Below, piece after piece: positions 48,303 through 54,037 of a stretch of DNA of 54,037 nucleotides. The DNA is from a virus (Duplodnaviria; Caudoviricetes), in the IMG/VR virus record IMGVR_UViG_3300013137_000026, positions 1 through 54,037 of that record; one strand, given 5' to 3'. Both the position numbers and the translations under genes were made by a program. The first letter of the stretch is position 1. Every line of letters starts with the position of its first letter. The notes beneath the pieces are model-generated. The model saw nothing but the letters and a program-made list of their open reading frames with translations. It had not been told where the DNA came from and did no database searches.

Positions 48303-51300
48303 ATGTCTATAAACATTACAGAAATTAATAAGACAGATTTATCAGTTGCTGTAAATGCTGCCTCAGACGTCGATACAGTTGATTATAATATCTCATGGTT
48401 TTGGGAATCTTCGGGAATAACAGCATGGAGTACTAACTTAGCATCTTGGTATACTGCTAGTACTTCTGATTTAATGAGCAATTTAAGTTCAATGGTATTT
48501 TTAGCTAATAGTGATTATTTAACATCTACCATTACCGTTTCTTGTGGATCTGATGGAATTATATTAAATTCTTATGATTTCTACTCACAACATCTTTACG
48601 TATTACCAATATCTTCAACTGTTTATAATATTGAACTAAATGTAGTATTACAAGAAACATCTACTAGTGCAATATCATCACTTTCACCTCTATCAACAGT
48701 GATATGGTCAACCTTCGGAAATATTGCAGCCATGTGGATTAATGGGGCTTCAGCTGGTCAAGTATTTCCCCTTTCAGCAACATTGTCTGGTTTTGTTGTA
48801 TCTGGAATTGATTATCTAGATATGTTTACTCCACAAACAGCTGATCTTGAAATTAATTATCCGTTTTATGCATACGTTACTGATTCAAATCGAACAACAG
48901 GAACGTACGTTTTTACAGTTAATAGTAAAGATATTAAACTATCACCTTATATGTATGATACTGCTGATTACACAGCCACAGCCGTATCAGTAGAATTACA
49001 AGGATATGATACCTTTGCATTAGATACAACAGCAATGGTTGCTTGGAACATATCTTCAACTCCAGGATTAACAGTTAAAGCAGTCGATGATAGTGTTTAT
49101 ACAATGTATACAATTGATACCTATGATAATTTAAGTGCTATCCAATTAGAGTATACGAATATTGATACTTCTTATACTATTGGTACTACTGCATATAATT
49201 TAACACTTCCAACAACATCTGGTTATACAACATTGACTGGGTCAGTAGTATATACACCACAATTGGAACCAACATCAATAACAATTAGTGCTATTAATTT
49301 TAATAATTTACCATTTATTCGAAGTTCGCAATTTAAAGTAAAGGGATATAGACCAGGTTATGGATATCATGATGTAGGAGATCAATATAACGTTAGATGG
49401 ATTATGTCTCAACCTGATTTAGATAGTTTTTGGGCCTATGATAACAATCACAGCCTTTATACCTTTGATATATCTAGTGGGGTTGGAGCTTCTGGGTTGG
49501 CTATTAACTTTGATACCTTATGGGCTTGTATTACTACCAATACTTTTACTGCAGCTCCAAAACTATGTAGTTATGCATTAACAGCTGAATATATTAATAG
49601 TACTGGGACAATACTTTTAACCTCTTATAGTTTTACTATAGATGAATTTCCAGCTCCTTCAATCTTTGATGTTAACTTTAAGCTTAACAATGAAGACACA
49701 GCGTATACGCATAATATGTTTAGAGCTAATAGTGCCTATAATGTTACACCGGTTATTGGAACCAATACGTCAAACATTCCTGGATTTGTATTAGGAACTT
49801 ATTATTGGAACTCTGGTGGATCAATTGGAACAGGTACACCAATTTCGTTATATTCAAGCAATTTAAACAATGACAGCACTGTTACTATTACAATGACAGC
49901 CTATAGTGTTTTAGCAGCTGGATGGTTATTACCTCATAGTGATGCCAATTACATTAATTTACGTTTTGGAGATTTACTATCAGCTGATTTTGCAGTAGCT
50001 CCTACCTATGCTTGGAATACTAGTGCTTCTAGGATTTTAGTTGGATCGGAATCTGTTTTAGCACTATCGCCTGGTGCATCTTCATATGGTGAAGGGCATA
50101 CTGAGGCATTTATTTTAAGCGCAAGAACATTAGACGGAACCAGTTATAATTGGCTTATTAATACTGTTCCTTATACAGGACGTGTAGCATCAATCAATGT
50201 AGGGTCAGTACCTAATGATACATTTAATGCAACTGGTACTGCAGTAGGTCTTACAGTATACAATAATGATTTTCCATCAACAATGAGCTTATATCATACT
50301 GCAGATTCTGGTGTAGCAGAATATTATCCTAATTTTAAATGGACCACTACTAGCAACAGTAATAAGCTTTTTCAAAACATAAGAGTATTTCCATACGAAA
50401 ATGTTATTGCATCAATGGGTCCATATACCAATGAAATTATTACTCTCACAAGTATGGATTTAACTGCTATTAAGAATTTAGGATTTGGACCAGTTAGTCC
50501 AGTAAGAGTTAGTACCGATGCATCATTGTGGGTATTATCAAGTGCTAAATGGAGTTCATCAATTACTACTAATACTACTAATTTCAATTTTACTCTCACT
50601 TCTGGTAACGGTGTAACTCCTGGTACAATTAGTCAATATGATAGTGCGATTGTATTTACACTTAGCGTATCTGGAACAATTGGTAAAGATATTCCAGATT
50701 CATTATATTCTCCACCATATGATTGGCAAACAATTTCTGAAACCTATACTATTGCACCAATAACAATGACTGCGATTAATTTACCAGAGTTGAGATTGTT
50801 TACTACAACACCTTATGTATTAACAGGTCAAAATGTTACATTTACCAATGGAACAACACCTAATGGTAATATAGCAACGTTTACGTTTAATAACGGTAAT
50901 GGTCAAACTACAACAGTAGCAGATTATAGATCCTTTACTACATCCTATACAGCTGTTGGGGTTTATTCAGTAACATTATCAGCTACTACCAATACCGGAT
51001 TTTCATATGCCAGTACTTATCATGATGCTGTTCATGTAGTCGCTGGCTATCTCCCATTTAATAGTAATATTACCCGAGTCTATGGTGAAGTATTGTCATT
51101 ACCATATTCACTAGGTGAAACATTGATTCCACCAAACGAATGGGTTACACATGATAATATTAATGCGGCATTTGATAAGTTAAATGATAATTTATCATAT
51201 ATAGAAGAAAAATCTCACGTGTACGTACAACCACCAATCAATTACTTAGGTTGGTTAGGTACCGCTATTGCTGATAGTAATCTTCATTGGAGATTGGGAA

Positions 51301-52454
51301 GCTCAGTAAGTGCGGTTGCCGGTACGCTATCAGATGCTAGAGATATTGCAGTAAAGAATAATATGCTTTATGTTATTAATGATACTACGGTATATGTATT
51401 ATCTTCTGATTATAATGCCACTATTGCAGGTTCTAGAACCTATAAGACTATAGGAGAATCATTTGTTAATCCAATAGCTATTGATGTTGATTCAAGATCA
51501 AGAATCTATGTATTGGATTCAACTAAGAATAAAGTTATGGTATTTTCATTAGATACTACTTTAGCAGATCCTTGGAGACTATTATATGAGTGGGGTGGAT
51601 TAGGCGGAGCCTCAGCTAGAACAAAATTCCAAAGTCCTACTGATCTCTATGTAGATTCAAACGATCATGTTTGGGTAGCTGATGCGGGTAATGGTGTAAT
51701 TAAGCAATATAGTGGTTCCGGTGGTTGGTTACAAACAATAGCAAGCCCATATATGGCTAACATAATAAGTGTAGCTGTTGATAGTGATCATAATCTTCAT
51801 GTGTTAACTAGTACTAATATTGTTAAATTAACCAATGCTGGATCTTTACTCAAGATCTATAACTATCCTAATACTAGTGGGGCTTTACCAAAGAGGATTA
51901 TACCTTCTTATGACGGCGGATTTGTATACGTATGCTTTGCTGATAAAATTATCAAGATTGCTACCGATGGTACCAACGCATCGATATTTGCAGACGGTAT
52001 TAGTAATACCTATAGTGGTATCTATCATGATTCAAATAGAAACTTTTATATTGCTAACAAAATAGATATTCTAAAATACTATGATACATTAGTAACCCTA
52101 TCAATCAAATTAGATACAGATAGTTTGGTTTGGAATATAAATGATATTAATATCGATAAGGATGAGTTTATCCAAGATTGGGTTTACAATAGAAGTTTGT
52201 CAAGATTGTGGGACAATATAGAAATAATAAAGAGATCGATTATTGGAACAATAATTTCGACTAAATCAAGTACAGGTGGAACCATTCTTACCATTGGTGG
52301 ATTTACCCCAGAAGAATATATTTCAGCCACTGGTACCGCAGCAAAATCCAATGTATTTGTTGGTGTTAATGAATTTGTTACAGCACCAGTTGTTAATAGA
52401 TGTTTAACCCAATTATACGATATGGAAGAAAAGATTTTAGAGTTAATAAGTTAG
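48303..52454 (+). CDS. Virion protein with PKD and NHL-repeat propeller
   Basis: FVNPIAIDVDS..RIYVLD, FQSPTDLYVDSNDHVWVAD NHL repeats. Confidence 0.78.
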   Translation: MSINITEINKTDLSVAVNAASDVDTVDYNISWFWESSGITAWSTNLASWYTASTSDLMSNLSSMVFLANSDYLTSTITVSCGSDGIILNSYDFYSQHLYVLPISSTVYNIELNVVLQETSTSAISSLSPLSTVIWSTFGNIAAMWINGASAGQVFPLSATLSGFVVSGIDYLDMFTPQTADLEINYPFYAYVTDSNRTTGTYVFTVNSKDIKLSPYMYDTADYTATAVSVELQGYDTFALDTTAMVAWNISSTPGLTVKAVDDSVYTMYTIDTYDNLSAIQLEYTNIDTSYTIGTTAYNLTLPTTSGYTTLTGSVVYTPQLEPTSITISAINFNNLPFIRSSQFKVKGYRPGYGYHDVGDQYNVRWIMSQPDLDSFWAYDNNHSLYTFDISSGVGASGLAINFDTLWACITTNTFTAAPKLCSYALTAEYINSTGTILLTSYSFTIDEFPAPSIFDVNFKLNNEDTAYTHNMFRANSAYNVTPVIGTNTSNIPGFVLGTYYWNSGGSIGTGTPISLYSSNLNNDSTVTITMTAYSVLAAGWLLPHSDANYINLRFGDLLSADFAVAPTYAWNTSASRILVGSESVLALSPGASSYGEGHTEAFILSARTLDGTSYNWLINTVPYTGRVASINVGSVPNDTFNATGTAVGLTVYNNDFPSTMSLYHTADSGVAEYYPNFKWTTTSNSNKLFQNIRVFPYENVIASMGPYTNEIITLTSMDLTAIKNLGFGPVSPVRVSTDASLWVLSSAKWSSSITTNTTNFNFTLTSGNGVTPGTISQYDSAIVFTLSVSGTIGKDIPDSLYSPPYDWQTISETYTIAPITMTAINLPELRLFTTTPYVLTGQNVTFTNGTTPNGNIATFTFNNGNGQTTTVADYRSFTTSYTAVGVYSVTLSATTNTGFSYASTYHDAVHVVAGYLPFNSNITRVYGEVLSLPYSLGETLIPPNEWVTHDNINAAFDKLNDNLSYIEEKSHVYVQPPINYLGWLGTAIADSNLHWRLGSSVSAVAGTLSDARDIAVKNNMLYVINDTTVYVLSSDYNATIAGSRTYKTIGESFVNPIAIDVDSRSRIYVLDSTKNKVMVFSLDTTLADPWRLLYEWGGLGGASARTKFQSPTDLYVDSNDHVWVADAGNGVIKQYSGSGGWLQTIASPYMANIISVAVDSDHNLHVLTSTNIVKLTNAGSLLKIYNYPNTSGALPKRIIPSYDGGFVYVCFADKIIKIATDGTNASIFADGISNTYSGIYHDSNRNFYIANKIDILKYYDTLVTLSIKLDTDSLVWNINDINIDKDEFIQDWVYNRSLSRLWDNIEIIKRSIIGTIISTKSSTGGTILTIGGFTPEEYISATGTAAKSNVFVGVNEFVTAPVVNRCLTQLYDMEEKILELIS

Positions 52455-52524
52455 TGAATACTGTAAGAATAATGGTTCTTTTTAACTATATTTGTTATTT
52501 TCGAACGAAGTTTTATATCTAACA

Positions 52525-52531
52525 ATAAATA
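52525..52531 (+). promoter_or_regulatory. Late promoter motif ATAAATA with 70-nt leader
   Basis: ATAAATAttt; AGGAG RBS at 52591 before ATG 52602. Confidence 0.55.
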
Positions 52532-52601
52532 TTTCCGAGCCTATTAGTGCACACCAAGATATAAAAGTGTGACCGAATTTCGGGCCTAAAAGGAGTAATA
52601 A

Positions 52602-54037
52602 ATGTCTTCAGGAAGATTCCATTCGAAATGGCACAGGGGATCACATCACAGTTACACACATGTAAACGAACCAGATAGCGCCCATGATCCTATTGCATCC
52701 CAAGCACTTCCATTCAGGGGAGAGTTTGTTATCAATGGTCAATTAAGTGCAATGGCACTCTCTGCCGCCGTTGGTATATTTACCAGTCCTGGTGCTATAG
52801 CACTCGATTTAATTGGTCCTTCTTATACCATTAATAATGATTCTGATTTTAGGTCATCCCAGTTAAGTGTTAGAGGTAATGGATTAGCTAAATTTGAAAA
52901 TCTTACTGCTACATCAATATGGACTGATAGTCTTTCTGCTCACCATGCAGAAATTGAGATTATTGATGTTACTATTCGAGAAACAAGTGGATTTGTTGTA
53001 ATGGGTGACATGCCACCAGAATTAGGTATTCCAATCTATGCTAATGGTGATAATGTCTTCTTAAGTGGTGCTGCTCTTTCTGGTAACTCGTGGGGATCTT
53101 TTGATGGTGATTTATTAACTAAACGAGATTTGTTTGTAAGTGGTTCTGCTCATATTGGTGGTGGATTATCACTAGTTGGATGCTTAACAACCGATTGCAT
53201 TATGTCATGGCCGGGAGCTAGTTCTATTAATGTATGGAACAGCTTTGATATGCATGGTTATTCTATTTCTGGTATTGGTAATGACTCTTTAGTATTTGAT
53301 TCTGGAGCCAAAATTCAAAGTGATCCTGATAAACGTATTAGAGTAAATTCTTATAGTTATGCAGAATCAATTGTATCTGGTACTTCAGCATTAGGACAAT
53401 ATTCCCACGCTGAAGGCGAGCAGACTATAGCATCAGGTAAAGCAGCACATGCTGAAGGTGGTAGCATTGAGGCATCTGGTGACTATTCCCATACAGAAGG
53501 TAATTTAACTAACGCTGTTGGTACTAATTCCCATGCTGAAGGATATTCAACAAGAGCTCAAGGTACTAATTCCCATGCTGAAGGTGAAAATACAATTGCG
53601 TGGTCTACTGGAACACATGCTGAAGGATATTTAACCAACGCAAATGGCGAATATTCCCATGCTGAAGGTGATGCTACAATAGCACTTGGAGTAAATTCTC
53701 ATGCCGCCGGTACACATGCACAAGCAACACATGATAGATCATTTATTTGGAGTTCAGCGACAACCCCAGTATCAACAACTAACACTGATCAATTTATGGT
53801 TTGTGCAATAAGTGGTGTAGTATTAGGACAGAACTTATTTGTTTTGGGTGAAATTACAGCCGACGGTGGCAATAGTAATCAATGGAATTCTGTTTATAGC
53901 AGTGTTGCTAATACTAGTGCAAATTGGGATTCGGTTTATAGCAGTGTTGCTAATACCAGTGCAAATTGGGATTCGGTTTATGGATCAGTTAATAATCTGA
54001 GTGCGTCATGGGTATCAGATTATACCACAATGAATAA
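52602..54037 (+). CDS. Tail fibre/adhesin with YadA/Hep-Hag-like SHAEG repeats and coiled-coil repeats (truncated by window end)
   Basis: Translated by hand: MSSGRFHSKWHRGSHH...DSAHDPIAS; open to the window end; absent from ORF track because no stop. Confidence 0.85.
   Translation, partial: MSSGRFHSKWHRGSHHSYTHVNEPDSAHDPIASQALPFRGEFVINGQLSAMALSAAVGIFTSPGAIALDLIGPSYTINNDSDFRSSQLSVRGNGLAKFENLTATSIWTDSLSAHHAEIEIIDVTIRETSGFVVMGDMPPELGIPIYANGDNVFLSGAALSGNSWGSFDGDLLTKRDLFVSGSAHIGGGLSLVGCLTTDCIMSWPGASSINVWNSFDMHGYSISGIGNDSLVFDSGAKIQSDPDKRIRVNSYSYAESIVSGTSALGQYSHAEGEQTIASGKAAHAEGGSIEASGDYSHTEGNLTNAVGTNSHAEGYSTRAQGTNSHAEGENTIAWSTGTHAEGYLTNANGEYSHAEGDATIALGVNSHAAGTHAQATHDRSFIWSSATTPVSTTNTDQFMVCAISGVVLGQNLFVLGEITADGGNSNQWNSVYSSVANTSANWDSVYSSVANTSANWDSVYGSVNNLSASWVSDYTTMN
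53400..53711 (+). repeat. Eight 14-aa (S/A/T)H(A/T)(E/A)G beta-roll repeats
   Basis: YSHAEG, AAHAEG, YSHTEG, NSHAEG, NSHAEG, GTHAEG, YSHAEG, NSHAAG. Confidence 0.85.
53883..54011 (+). repeat. 42-bp tandem repeat encoding W(N/D)SVYSSVANTSAN
   Basis: Near-identical copies of gtttatagcagtgttgctaatac(t/c)agtgcaaattgggattcg. Confidence 0.85.

Noticed and set aside
52560-52600. c-di-GMP-I riboswitch (GGCCTAAA resemblance)
   Set aside because: Lacks the GGCAAACC, GAAA tetraloop and GACGCAAAG elements
53883-54011. CRISPR-like repeat array
   Set aside because: Tandem in-frame coding repeats with no unique spacers
1-54037. Stop-codon reassignment (TAG/TGA) as seen in some large phages
   Set aside because: Conserved genes are full length in code 11, and TAA, TAG and TGA all end genes at expected C-termini
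1-54037. tRNA or rRNA genes
   Set aside because: Intergenic gaps are short and no cloverleaf or T-loop signatures were seen by eye; tRNAscan was not run

Overview
AT-rich fragment of a large T4-superfamily myovirus genome using the standard genetic code. It holds a rearranged head module: gp15, portal gp20, gp13, gp4, protease gp21, gp67-like core, scaffold gp22, major capsid gp23 and a probable gp16. Replication and nucleotide genes include gp62 and gp44 clamp-loader subunits 23 kb apart, a DinG/XPD helicase, a P-loop kinase, dUTPase, class III NrdDG, a redoxin and GroES. The right half carries baseplate gp25/gp6, five giant PKD/beta-propeller/LamG virion proteins and a truncated tail fibre. 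A T4-late-like (A/G)TAAATA motif precedes most structural genes. Main finding: at least 10 otherwise unrelated proteins share an N-terminal peptide M-x-x-(K/D/N)-D-x-x-x-L-x-E-A-Y, usually followed by a T4 gp21-type (I/L)-x-E site. I interpret this as a candidate capsid-targeting or cargo-loading signal. Other observations: two intact homing endonucleases plus five eroded relics in intergenic spacers, two of which supply the late promoter of the next gene; a Thermotoga-type SCCR NrdD behind a late promoter; probable leaderless late mRNAs; and pervasive hydrophobic-Ser-Ala/Gly triplets in surface virion proteins. All family assignments come from motif recognition by eye, not database searches.
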